This document shows positions 43,956 through 54,992 of a stretch of DNA of 64,000 nt, in pieces; within the stretch, counting starts at the first letter, position 1, and each line of letters begins with the position of its first letter. A model generated the notes under the pieces. That model was not told where the DNA came from. It was given only the letters and a program-made list of their open reading frames with translations, and did not search any database. A program made the position numbers and the translations under genes. This DNA comes from an uncultured Acidobacteriota bacterium (GTDB taxonomy: Bacteria; Acidobacteriota; UBA6911; RPQK01; JAPXNP01), in assembly GCA_963777605.1 (NCBI GenBank), contig CAVZRV010000027.1, forward strand, positions 540,982 through 604,981, given 5' to 3'.

Positions 43956-44333
43956 TCAGATGTTCTGGTCCTCTCCTGCGTCACGACGATAGAACTCCTT
44001 GGCCAAGTCCCTGCCCGTTTCCGTGATTTCCAGCCAGCAAATATCTCCTAGGCTCGGCATTCCCTGCTCCAAAGAATCCCACTCTCGCTGGATGCGTTCC
44101 ATTGCCTCCGGCATTGAGAGTGCCCATGCTCGAAACCCATCTTTGGTCAGGTCGCCGATTCTCATCCAACCTCGTTCGAGAACCTCACGGATCAGTCTCA
44201 ACGAAAGCTCCCGCCTCTCGCGATCCGTCCCAGCCCCACCATCTTCGATAGCAATGGATACGACTTCTGCCGCATCTACCCAATCATCCAAACCGCTCTT
44301 GAGGATCTCATCAATACAACGTTTGACTTTCAT
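43956..44333 (-). CDS. Small protein resembling toxin-locus immunity proteins
   Basis: GLDDWV...IGDL...F.AW...AMERI.REW......LGDICWL pattern recalled from polymorphic-toxin loci; a toxin-tip-like fragment (FPDGTMIAL...TIDV) lies just upstream. Confidence 0.5.
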   Translation of the reverse strand: MKVKRCIDEILKSGLDDWVDAAEVVSIAIEDGGAGTDRERRELSLRLIREVLERGWMRIGDLTKDGFRAWALSMPEAMERIQREWDSLEQGMPSLGDICWLEITETGRDLAKEFYRRDAGEDQNI

Positions 44334-44585
44334 GGCTGAGTGTCCACCTTTCGAATGGCCGCATTTTGCCAACCTGACATCGATCGTATTCCCCTGTTTC
44401 AGAGCAATCATGGTTCCATCGGGGAACTTCATCCAGATCCTCTCGCATGAGATACGAGCCAGTGCCGACCCTCGACCCGCGCTCAGTCGAGCAATTAGCG
44501 GTACAAGCCGGGGGAAGGTCGCTGCACTTTGATATCCGTTCGGCTCGCCTGACCCGGGCCTCCGTCCACAAAGTCGCTTGTCCAC

Positions 44586-44846
44586 TTAGACCTGAAGCCG
44601 ATTGCGGTTCTCATTCAGGAACCGAAGGAGCTTCCAGAGAGGCCGTTTCAAATCTTCTTCGGATACGGGAGTGTGGTAGTAGCTCGAGAGTCGTTGCTTA
44701 AGCTCTACGGGTTCACTCATCGAGACATCCAGTATCGTCGCGTCATCTCCGATGAATAGTGGCTCTTCGTCGGTCAAGACCTCTTCGAATAATTCGCGCA
44801 GGAGTTCGCGCACTCTCTTCGTCTCGACATCCGAACTGAACTTCAT
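44586..44846 (-). CDS. Small hypothetical protein
   Basis: Compact acidic ORF in the toxin/immunity cluster. Confidence 0.5.
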   Translation of the reverse strand: MKFSSDVETKRVRELLRELFEEVLTDEEPLFIGDDATILDVSMSEPVELKQRLSSYYHTPVSEEDLKRPLWKLLRFLNENRNRLQV

Positions 44847-44972
44847 ACGGCTATCCCCGCCTGCCATCTGGGTGACAGTCTCCACTTGCGCATACAGGTA
44901 CTCACCTTAGCAGACGGTCCGTGGTCCTTTGAGAACGGCTAGTCGGGACGCCCCGACGGAGATCAAATCCAG

Positions 44973-45374
44973 CTAGCGTAAATTGCCGAATGGAGGGAGA
45001 TTTCCAGTGCAGCCCAACCTCCGGGCTGCGTCCGTATCCATCGTCCTCGTCTCCCGACCCATGTGTGACCAAGCCTTGCGAAGTGTCTGCTGATCGGCCA
45101 TCCACATCTCGAAGATTTCCACCCACAGTAGATTGGCGACTTCGACGTCGCTCGACCGCGCCATTTGTTCCAGTAGCAAAAAGGACCGCCGCAAGAGGGC
45201 ATCGTCGGGGTGCTCCTGCAAAGCATTCTTGATAAAGGGCTCAAGCACCAAACCAACCACCATATATGGAAGTACTTCCGGACCAATCTGGTCCTGAAGT
45301 GCCTCATACGACTCTTGCAGTTCAGGTATCTGCCTCAACATTTCAGCCACAATCGAACAATACCGAAGGTCCAT
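44973..45374 (-). CDS. Small helical protein, immunity-like
   Basis: GAGGGG RBS; LLRRSFLLLEQMA.SSD.EV.NLL.V.IFE pattern. Confidence 0.5.
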   Translation of the reverse strand: MDLRYCSIVAEMLRQIPELQESYEALQDQIGPEVLPYMVVGLVLEPFIKNALQEHPDDALLRRSFLLLEQMARSSDVEVANLLWVEIFEMWMADQQTLRKAWSHMGRETRTMDTDAARRLGCTGNLPPFGNLR

Positions 45375-45400
45375 CGCCCCCTCGCCCCAGCTTAAGTGCG

Positions 45401-46538
45401 TCACTCAACTCCGGTTCCGATTCCTCGCAGCAAACAATGCCCGGATCGGTGGCCTGCGAAGCCATCCTCTTGCTCAATCAAAGCCCGCCGTCCTCTCCGG
45501 AGGACACTTTGAGTGGGATCGAGGAGGGCTCGACCTGGGCCACGCGCGGGTCGCGTTCGAGTGCTTTTGCCACCGAGTCCGGGCAACTGATCTGCCAGTC
45601 ATCGAGGGATGCGATATACAAGCGCGAAGCCGTACTGGTCGCGCAGCTCCTCAAAGAACGCCTCGGAGCCGGTTGTCGTTGTCAGCCGATAGACTCCCGG
45701 ACGATCCGTCCGCGAGACTTGCGCCCGCCAGAGCTCTGTTCCTTTGGTATAGACCGCCGTGGCCGAGAACCCTCGGGCTTGCCAATCGTAAGCGATCAGG
45801 TGGATCCAGCCCTGAAATCCGCCGCTGCCGACGTTGATGTCGAACAACTCATCCGCGAACTGGGCCAGATGGCGGGGATCGGACGGGCTTCTCAGGAGGA
45901 TCGACCTTTGCGCCAGTCGGGTTCCGTCTTTGTCATAAAGGCTGAGACGGTATTCGCCAGGCTCGCGTGAAGAACACCGCCAACCCGGTGTTCTCGACCT
46001 GGTCTGAGCGGTAGAGCACCGGGATCACGGCGCCCGCTTCGAGAGGCTCCGCCGGCAGGCTGAGCTGCGAGAGGATCTCTCCTTCCTGCTTGGTGACCAT
46101 GAGAGCGGAGACGGAAAGCGGCTTCGTACAGTGGATCCGGATTGAGCCCTTACGCAGCTCACCGCCACTAAGAATGATGGTCTTGGTTGCCATAGGTCCC
46201 AATTCGAAGGAGGTAGAGGGGAGCAATTCCTCGTCTGTACTCGTCAAATCAATCGAAACGGCTTCCTCGTTCGGGTTGATCACCTGGAGAGTCGTCTCGA
46301 TGCTCGGGTCGCTTCCGCCTTTGGCGACCTGAGGCAGAACCCTGTCAAAATCGTTGAGCCGATTTTGCCCGGGTAGCAGGGCCACACAAAACAGCGCAAC
46401 GAACAGAACCAAAATCGGCAAGGGCGCTCTGACAGGGTGACTCCGCAAAGTGTACTGACATGCGGGTGCCCGCTTCCGAGTCGGGCGTCGAGAAGTCCTT
46501 CGGCAGTGATTAGTCATTTCTCTTTTCTCCTGGCTCAA
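45401..46538 (-). CDS. Secreted beta-rich protein of the paralogous family (frameshifted)
   Basis: Signal peptide; LPQVAKGG...TTLQVINPN...ENTGLAV. Confidence 0.55.
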
Positions 46539-46694
46539 TCTCCCAGATCAGCGCTCGCTACCAATTGTCCCTTGGCTCCCCGGAGAGAGTCTCTTTTCTG
46601 CATCAACCAGCTGATCATCGATCGTTGGGCCATTACCAGTAGGGCCGCCCAGAGACGGGAGCGGAGCCACCATCGTGAAAGGCAGTATCGAGGA

Positions 46695-48596
46695 TCATGG
46701 GATTCCGACCGGATAACTCGACATGGGGTAGCCGTTTCGAGTTCGTAATGCCGTGACGACCACCGGTATTTCAGAGGAGATGATCAGCGTCCCGGTAACG
46801 TCAGTGTTGACCAGATCCGGAAACAGCTCGTCGATGAATTTGGCCACATGCTGACCGGGTTCCAGTGTAATGGAAGCGTCGAGGTACACCATCGGTCTGG
46901 TCGGAAATCTCAAGGTCAACGGTCGCCCGCTCATCCAGAGGATTCGCGATCGCAATTCCGGTGCTAATCCTGTCTCGGGCAGCTGAGGAACGAGTCGAGA
47001 CGAAGACGCTCGCCAGCCCGGTCGGCTGCGCGTCCCCGACTCCGGCTTCGAAGAGGATGTCGCCGGACTCACGGACCTGGTAGACGGCCGTTCCCGAATC
47101 GGCCGGGATGCGGTCACGCGGGCCCAGCCTTTGACAAGAGGGTTCGTTGCTCCTGCCGTCTGAATTGCCACGCACCCGTAGCGTTCGAGAACGAAGTCCA
47201 GGCTGGAAACCGCTCCCACGGAACCTTCAACCTCGACAGGGGCAGGATTTCCGTCATCGTCTAAGAACTCGACGGTTCCTGTCGCTTCGTCGGTGGTCAG
47301 GTTGGCAAGGGTAATCAGCGTCGAGGCCCCCATGCCGTCGGCAAATTGCGGGAGGTAGATCGTATTCAAAGGACGATAGATCTTGAGCTCGTTCGCAAAA
47401 AGGACGAAGAGCGTATCCTTCACGACCGATAGACTCTGTACGGTGCCGCTCTGTGACGAGCTCCAGTGCACGTTTCCGGAGAAGGCATCCAGGGTGCGAA
47501 CGCAGTCTTCTGCCCAGGAATTGAAGAAGTACACAGCATTATTTGCGATTTGAACAAACTGAGGAGGATGGGGGAGAGGAGGGGGTTCGAGATCAAGCTG
47601 CGCGTCTCTGTAATCAAGGCTCTGCCAAAGGAACTCGCCAGTCTCGGGAGCGAGGGCTGCGACTCGATTCTCCAGGGTGCTGCTGAACAACGGGGTGCCG
47701 GAGAAAACGAGGAGTTGATCGTAGGCCAACGCGATTCCTGGATTGCCGAAGGTCGAGTGACCGGCGAACGGAATAGCGAATTCGACACTCCACGCAACCG
47801 ACCCGTCGCTGGTGCGGACCGCGTTTACTCGCCCATCGGACTGATTGCTGACGTAGACGAACTTGCGGGTGGCGATGATGTTCGAGCCGTCCGAGCCGAT
47901 TTCCGGGGCCGACCAGATCGGGACACCCGTCAGGAGATCGAGTGCGGTGAGGCTTCCCTCGTCTGTGAGTACATAGACCCGGCTCCCGATTCTCGATAAG
48001 GGAGCCTTGGCCAGATGGATGCTTCCCAGTTCGGCACTCGGCGGATACTGCCAGACGAGCGTTCCGTCACTGGGGCGGGCAGCGACCACGCCCCACTCGC
48101 CCGAGTACAGGGCCAAGTCATCCAGGAGCAGCGGGAAGCGTCCGTCCGAAGATCCAACCCGGTTGTCCTGCCAGAGGACGTTTCCAGTCGAGACCTCAAC
48201 CGCCGTCACCGACGTGCTCGTGGACCCGCCCAGCAGTACGATGTCTCCGTTGATGGCAGGGACGTAATTGAGAGTGTCGGGTGTATTGGTTGGAAGATCG
48301 AATCTCCAGACCTCCGAGCCCGTCTCGCTGTCGAGCAAGGAGTAGTGCGCGGCTTCTCCTCCCTGTCCAATCAGCACGTAGTCCTCGAAGACCGACAGGG
48401 TCTGAGCCGTCGTCCCTTCCGGAAGGCTCAAGGTCCGGTCCAGTTCCAGCGGAGGCTTGAAGTCCCCGGCGTCCGAATTGAGGTAGGTGCGCGAGTCGTT
48501 AAAACCCGCGGTCGCCTGGTCGCCGAGATTCTGTCCCAGCATGGGGAAGCACGCCGAGACAATTGTCACCAGCGCAGCCTGTAAGATCCTGTTCAT
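46695..48596 (-). CDS. PQQ-like beta-propeller protein with the C-terminal family domain (frameshifts near 46890-47100)
   Basis: Repeated ALD..TG...W blades; LPQFADG...TLITLAN; ends TGTLIISSEIPVVVTALRT. Confidence 0.75.
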   Translation of the reverse strand: MNRILQAALVTIVSACFPMLGQNLGDQATAGFNDSRTYLNSDAGDFKPPLELDRTLSLPEGTTAQTLSVFEDYVLIGQGGEAAHYSLLDSETGSEVWRFDLPTNTPDTLNYVPAINGDIVLLGGSTSTSVTAVEVSTGNVLWQDNRVGSSDGRFPLLLDDLALYSGEWGVVAARPSDGTLVWQYPPSAELGSIHLAKAPLSRIGSRVYVLTDEGSLTALDLLTGVPIWSAPEIGSDGSNIIATRKFVYVSNQSDGRVNAVRTSDGSVAWSVEFAIPFAGHSTFGNPGIALAYDQLLVFSGTPLFSSTLENRVAALAPETGEFLWQSLDYRDAQLDLEPPPLPHPPQFVQIANNAVYFFNSWAEDCVRTLDAFSGNVHWSSSQSGTVQSLSVVKDTLFVLFANELKIYRPLNTIYLPQFADGMGASTLITLANLTTDEATGTVEFLDDDGNPAPVEVEGSVGAVSSLDFVLERYGCVAIQTAGATNPLVKGWARVTASRPIRERPSTRSVSPATSSSKPESGTRSRPGWRASSSRLVPQLPETGLAPELRSRILWMSGRPLTLRFPTRPMVYLDASITLEPGQHVAKFIDELFPDLVNTDVTGTLIISSEIPVVVTALRTRNGYPMSSYPVGIP

Positions 48597-48660
48597 CAGA
48601 GCTCTCCTCCCTTGGCCAGTTGATCATCGAATTCGACCGATCCGAAGATCTCCACCAACT

Positions 48661-49990
48661 TCATTTCTGCAGGCTGGAAACGGGGACGGCCGACACCGGA
48701 AGCCCCGCTCTCGTCCGAAGCACGACAACGGCAAGGGGCTGATCGCTCACGATATGCAGCGTCCCCTGGTAATCCTGGTCCAGGAACTCGGGAAACAACT
48801 CCGCGAGGAATTGCGCCGCATGCTTTCCCGGGCCCAGTGTCAGCCAAGCGCAGATTCCATTCCCCTTTAGTTCAATGGTGGCTTCCTTCTGGCTGGTATT
48901 GACAATGGCCAGGCCACTGTCCAGTCGACCGTTGGTGACTTTCTGCGCCGAAGCGACCGCAGAAAAAACACCGGTTGTTGCCTCGACATCGGCGTTGGAC
49001 AACTCCAATCCCGATGAATCGTAGACAGAGAAGATCGCGAGACTGTCGAGTGGGGTATTCGCGCTGACGATGCGTACCCCAGCATCACGGAAGACGGGAG
49101 GTCGTCCATCGACAAAAGCTTCGATTCCAGAGGATCCAACGAGAGATCGAATGCGTTGGCCGAGGATCCACCAGGCTTAAGACGATGGGTTGCCCGTCGT
49201 TATCGAAGACGAGATCTGTCCCTTGCCGGGACGCCGGCGGGATTGGAGACAATGAAAGAGGTCGACAGCGTGAGATCCTCCGAATTGTCGGAGGTCACCG
49301 TTCCGGCTCCTATCTGGGCCAGATAAGTCGTAAAGATCCGCTCCCCCTCCAAATAGTCGATGGTAATCGCTTCGAATTCTTCCGGGGTTGAATCGCGATA
49401 GTCGAAGACGACCTTTGAAATCCCGAGAGGAGAGCTGGTTTCGAGCCCAACCGGTCCCGAGAATCCATCGTGCTCAACGGTTCCCAGTGAAGTGCCCTGA
49501 GGGTCAAAGGCTTCCAGGAAGACCATGTGGGATTCACCGAAACATAATGTATGCCGGCGGATGAAAGAGAACGGCCTTTAAGGGGACCTCGAAATCAACG
49601 ATCAGTGGCTGAGCAGCCTGCGCTTTGCCAGGATCGTTTATATCTTCACCGGGGCTGTCGTTCCGCAGGAACGAAATGAAGTTGGGAGCGGTTGCTTCCG
49701 CAATTTCTATCCCAGGCTTTAATCAGCGGGGGGGACGAAGGGGCACCGCGAAACGTAATTCCCCATCTCTTGAAGACCGTTGCGGCCGGCGCACCGGCCA
49801 GTGCAACGTCCACTCGCACGCATCCCCTCCAAATTCAAGGGAGACCGCGTGCTCGGATAACTGAGCCGGGTCCGTGATCTCCGAAACCTGGGCAACTGCG
49901 AAACCCGCACAGCACATCCAGGCCGTCTGTACCAGAATCCATCCGATGGTGCCATTGGGTGTCCGAAACAAGCGCAATCCGATCATAATG
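48661..49990 (-). CDS. Secreted family protein (multiple frameshifts)
   Basis: Fragments YLAQIGAG...TSFIVSNP and DSGLAIVN...GTLHIVSDQPLAVVVLRT. Confidence 0.6.
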
Positions 49991-50090
49991 AACGCCCTCT
50001 CCAACTGCTGCTATTTCTGATTGCTACATAGAAAATGCCGAGCACCATCAATCACGCGTGATGGGGTCGCTGCCGATGGCGCTGACGCCG

Positions 50091-51416
50091 TCATTTCGCC
50101 GGTCCAGCGGGGACCCTTCGCAGTGGAAGACTGGCCGAGACAACGCCCTGAATGGTTCGAAGGATCGTCACCGCGACCGGCTCATCCGAGATGATCTCGA
50201 CCGTCCCTTCGGCGTCGCGGCCGGACAACGATTCCGCCAGTTCGTCCGCAAACCAGGCGCCCTGTTCTCCCGGGCCGAGGACCACGTCCGTTTCCATTGT
50301 CGTGTTGGGACTCATGAAGAACGTGACACTTGCCGTCGCCTCGCTGTCCGAGACATTCGCCAGCGCCAGCGCCGTATTCGTATCTTCGGCAATCGTCTTT
50401 TCGAAGACGCCGGTAAAGCTTTGGCCGGGAATGGCGCTGTCGATTCCCGCTTCCGAGAGAGGCGCTCCGGTCTGGTCGAGGACTCGATAGACGGCCCCCA
50501 GCTCGAACGGATATTTGGACGCGGCACAGACATAACCCTGGTCCAACGGCGTGACAGAGTCTGAAGTCCGAAGAATTCGCGAATCCTGGTGACGATGCAA
50601 ATAAGCATGGAATATATACTCGAAGTCGCTGTTCACGGTCCCATCGAGATTGACGACTAATGGCGCACCCCCCGGCTCTCGAAATTCAAGAGAGACAAGC
50701 TGATCGAACGTTGGATTCCAAGGCGAGCCGCGCCATGACTCGGTGATCGTCAACAGTGTCTGCAGGGTCCGACCTTCGAGCGGAAGCGCACCATGTGCCA
50801 CTTGAGAGACACACCGTCGGAACGTCGGGGGCTCGGCAAAATCGGCGACGATCCGAATGAGCGCCTCGGGAATCGTTTGATCCGCGTACTCAACCTCGAC
50901 CCGGGCGATTCCCGTCCCCTCGGCTTCCTCGAGAGAGAAGTTATAAGGGTTCCACTCATCGATTGGTTTATCGATTTCCCCCAGTAGCCCTCCGTCCACC
51001 CCAAAGAATTTCGCTGCGACCATCGTTTCGGACTCCGCACCCATGGTCAGCGAAACACGGGGTAAGGGAGTGTCGAAGGTAACAATCAGACCTCCGGCGG
51101 CTTCCCCGTTGACGAGGGGATTCATGATCACGGGGGTGTCTACTTTGTAGGGCGGGTCGCCGAATCCCGGGTAGACAGAAATGGTTCCGCTCTCCGGCCG
51201 CTTGACGGTTCCCGTCGAGACTGTAACGCCCCAGTCCGCAAAAACCTGATCCGTCTTGACCCCCGGTGGGAGGGGCGGAGGCAGAAGTGTAACCCTATCC
51301 TCACTGAACGTGATCCTAAGCCGGTTGAGTGGTTCAGCTAGAACCCAGGCCCCCGACATCGCCAGCAACAACACGCCCATAGCAGAACAAAGCAATGATC
51401 GGCTGATCCGCTTCAT
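50091..51416 (-). CDS. Secreted family protein, tandem paralog 1
   Basis: GGAGGAGG RBS, signal peptide, VSQVAHG...NTALALAN...EGTVEIISDEPVAVTILRT. Confidence 0.75.
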   Translation of the reverse strand: MKRISRSLLCSAMGVLLLAMSGAWVLAEPLNRLRITFSEDRVTLLPPPLPPGVKTDQVFADWGVTVSTGTVKRPESGTISVYPGFGDPPYKVDTPVIMNPLVNGEAAGGLIVTFDTPLPRVSLTMGAESETMVAAKFFGVDGGLLGEIDKPIDEWNPYNFSLEEAEGTGIARVEVEYADQTIPEALIRIVADFAEPPTFRRCVSQVAHGALPLEGRTLQTLLTITESWRGSPWNPTFDQLVSLEFREPGGAPLVVNLDGTVNSDFEYIFHAYLHRHQDSRILRTSDSVTPLDQGYVCAASKYPFELGAVYRVLDQTGAPLSEAGIDSAIPGQSFTGVFEKTIAEDTNTALALANVSDSEATASVTFFMSPNTTMETDVVLGPGEQGAWFADELAESLSGRDAEGTVEIISDEPVAVTILRTIQGVVSASLPLRRVPAGPAK

Positions 51417-51622
51417 CGTATTTTCCTCCTCCCTTGTCCGACGCCAAACTCCGGGGCGACGAGTGGTCAATCTGAGCCATCAAGAGAACATTCCACCGCC
51501 CCGAGTGGAACGGTTTAGATTGACCGTACCATTGAACGTCCTCATGGCTACCCTCTTCCCCCTCTTGCCGAACACAAGCATTAGATCGATTGTCCTCGCT
51601 TCTCCGGCGACGTGGTTCGAAA

Positions 51623-52953
51623 TCACTTCGCCGGTCCAGCGGGGAGCCTCCGCAGCGGAAGACTGGCGGAGACGACCCCTTGAATGGTTCGAAGGATCGT
51701 CACCGCGACCGGCTCATCCGAGATGATCTCGACCGTCCCTTCGGCGTCGCGACCGGACAACGATTCCGCCAGTTCGTCCGCAAACCAGGCGCCCTGTTCT
51801 CCCGGGCCGAGGACCACGTCCGCTTCCATTGTCGTGTTGGGACTCATGAAGAACGTGACACTTGCCGTTGCTTCGCTGTCCGAGACATTCGCCAGGGCCA
51901 GCGCCGTATTCGTATCTTCGGCAATCGTCTTTTCGAAGACGCCGGTAAAGCTTTGGCCGGGAATGGAGCTGTCGATTCCCGCTTCTGCGAGAGGCGCCCC
52001 GGTTGAATCGAGAATTCGGTAGACCGTCGCCAGTTCGAACGGGAATTTGGACGTGGCGCAGGCATAGCCCTGGTCCAGTGGGCTGCCGGAGTCCGCAGTC
52101 CGAAGAATGCGTGAATCCAAGTATCGATACATGTGACCGGAGAAGAGATATTCGAAGTCGCTATTCACCTCTCCACCGAGATTGACCGTCAAAGGTCCGC
52201 CCCCAGGCTCTCGAAATCCAAGAGAGACGATCTGAGATTTTAAATCCGGGACCCTGAAATCCGTGTCGGCCCACAACCCGGTAATCGTCAACAGCGTTTG
52301 AAGGGTTCGGTCTTCGAACGGAAGCGCACCCTGCGCCACCTGGGAGACGCAACGCTGGAACGGACGCGGTTCGACATATTCGGCGACGATGAGGTTGAGC
52401 GCCTCGGGGACATCCGTTTCCTCGTATTCCACCTCCACACGAACGATCCCGGCGCCGTCGGCGTCCTCCAGGGCGAATTCGTCGGGATAGATGCCGTAAA
52501 GTGTCCCCGTATCCTCACCCAGGAAAGTCCCACTCCGATCGAAGAACCGTGCGACTACGTTGGTTTCAGACTCGGCTCCCATGTTCAAAGAAACTCGCCG
52601 CACAGGTTCATCGAAATTGATGGTCATGCCTCCCGCACTCACCTCCGACTCCGAGCCATTGAGAATCACCGGAGCTGCAATCGGGGTAACGAGGTTGACG
52701 TGTGGAACCTCGGACAGTGTGCCCGTTCGAGGGCCCTGGACTGACCCGCTTGAAATCGTCACGCCCCAGTCCTCAAAGACATGACTGGCACTGAGTCCCG
52801 AAGGGAGAGGGTGGAGGTACCAGTGCAACCCAGTCCTCACCGAAGTCAAACGGTCCCCAGCCATACGGCTGGGCGATCGTTGGAACCTCTCCGAGTGCAA
52901 TCACCACCAAAACCAAGATCGTGTAAGTCGAACGATCTGCCCCATCGCTTCAT
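51623..52953 (-). CDS. Secreted family protein, tandem paralog 2 (5' frameshift)
   Basis: C-terminal ~130 codons nearly identical to paralog 1; same RBS and leader. Confidence 0.75.
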
Positions 52954-53347
52954 CGTGAATTCCTCCTCCCTTTGCCGGCGCCAAGCCCCAGGCGGCAAGC
53001 GGTCAATCCGAGCCATCAAGAGAACATTCCAGCGCCCCTGATCGAACGGTTCAGATTGACCGTGCCAACGCCAGCTTACGTTCTACGCACATCGCATTCC
53101 AGAGAAACTTGGAAGAGCATTTAAGCACCCATTTCTGTAAAAAGGCTCTGATAGTCCCTGTCAGCCCTTCTCTCACAGGAGATCTCCTCATGGGAAATAC
53201 CAACACAAAAGTCCTACAAGTGACACACGGCCGGGACATTCCGACCCGCCAATCTGACCCAGTGTTCGCCCTGCAAAAGCGCGAAAGATTCAATTCCACA
53301 AGGTCTTCTTGGAGCCTGAATCGTGAATCCAAGGCACCGATCAGATT

Positions 53348-54426
53348 TCAAGGCGTCACCTCATCCAGTTCCAGAGGGTCGAAGCAGACCGAGTTCACCT
53401 GCGGATTTACCGCCAGAACCCTCGCTGTTGCGACGGTGCTGTCCACGAACGCGCGGGTGACCGACGAAAACTCTTCCCGGCGCTCGATGGAGAGCCCATA
53501 AGATGAGAGCAGATCCGCGGCATCGGCCTGGGCACGGATTGCCACTTCGAAGCGAGCCGGGATGTCGATCGGGGTCGCCGGTGCGGCCCGAAGGTCCAGC
53601 CCGTCGGTGTAAAGCGCCACCACTGCCATGCCGAAGGGGAACTGCAGACCGACCCTCGAGTCGTCGCTTCCGAGGTAGGACGTATGCTCCAGCGTCAGAA
53701 CCCTCGCTGGAATCCTTCCGGAAGTTGGTCGAACAGTTCCTGTAGCAGCACTGCGTAGCGCCTCCAGAAGTCGGGGCTCTGAGAGCAGATGGGAGGGCGA
53801 GGCGGCTCCACGTTCGGAGCGCAACTCTCCGATTGGGCCGCCAATTCGCGGGTCGCGATCAGTTCACCGTTCAGGTCTCGAAGCTCAGCCAAAATGAGCC
53901 CGCCAGCCGGACTGCTGATCGCGACGCCCGTGTTGTCTGCCAGAAAGTCGTTGCGGAAGACCGGGAAGGTGAACTTCGAGCCCGGTTCGACTCCCGGCAC
54001 CGAAACCGCGCTTACGATCGATCCGTCGGCGGCTTGACCCTGTATATGCGCCACGACGGACAGGACTCCATCCGTCTTGACTCTCAGCCAGCCGCCCTCC
54101 ACCGGTTCCTCTCCGTCCGGCTGGAACTCGATCACCCGGGTCGCTCCCGGCGCGAGTTCATCTTCCTCAACGGGTTGAGTGCCGCGAAGGTCCCATCCGT
54201 TTGATACCTCAATGGCGGCCGATTCCGTCCCGGCGTTGGAGATTGTGACGGTTGTTCTGTAGGCAAGACCGGCGGCCGGTCCCACCACCATGTGAGGAAC
54301 GTCGATCACGCGATTGGTAATGTTGTCGCAACTGAACTTGGTTATCTGGAGTTGGGCGTGGAGAACGGATCCCGAAGCCAGGATCCACAGAAGTGCAGGC
54401 AGTACACAGATTCGCGGGGCACGCAT
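53348..54426 (-). CDS. Secreted family protein (frameshifted)
   Basis: Signal peptide; VPHMVVG...RTTVTISN...GWLRV...DNTGVAIS. Confidence 0.6.
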
Positions 54427-54883
54427 GGCAGAAACCCTCCTCTAGCGATCTCCCCCCAAATCCGTCGCGGGCTCAATATAGCAATCGCGACTCCCAAAAA
54501 CCAGACCTTTGTCGGACTTTGTCCAGAGGATCTCAGTGAATCGAGCCACCAATCAAAGGGTCCGCATCCGCTTCATGGAAAGCCAGGGTGAGAACTCAAG
54601 AGAAAATAGACGTGCGTCCACCCTCGCGGTCCGGCAGAATGAATTTGGCATGGAAACCGAAGTCCGGGGAAGAGAGTCTTCCTCCCATTCAGAGAAATAA
54701 GAGAAGCCTGGATGAGCCGAAGAACGCGAAGGTTGCTCGAAATCGAAGCCTGGTCGACTCGGCATCTGGCGTAACCTACACGCGGGCTGTCTACTCTCAA
54801 GAGACGATTTCCACTTCGTCTTCAAACAGCCGCTCAATTTCTCGTGGCCACTGATTTCCCGTCTTGCTCCACACGCCGTTCTG

Positions 54884-54952
54884 GCTGATTTCATTCAACT
54901 TACATCGATTTCCTTGCTTGACCATCTTAATAAGACTAAGTAGATTCCGCCC
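54884..54952 (+). promoter_or_regulatory. Sigma70 promoter with an operator palindrome in the spacer (copy A)
   Basis: TTGACC (54918-23), 17-bp spacer, TAGATT (54941-46); palindrome TCTTAATAAGA at 54925-35. Confidence 0.75.
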
Positions 54953-54992
54953 GAACGAGAACGGTAACGGCACAACACAAAGGAGTAAGGCG

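Noticed and set aside
43858-45400. Integron cassette array
   Set aside because: Short co-oriented ORFs, but no recognisable attC (RYYYAAC...GTTRRRY) hairpins and no integrase.
53052-53067. Sigma54 promoter (TGGCAC on the minus strand)
   Set aside because: No TTGC at -12, and the paralogous leader has TGGTAC.
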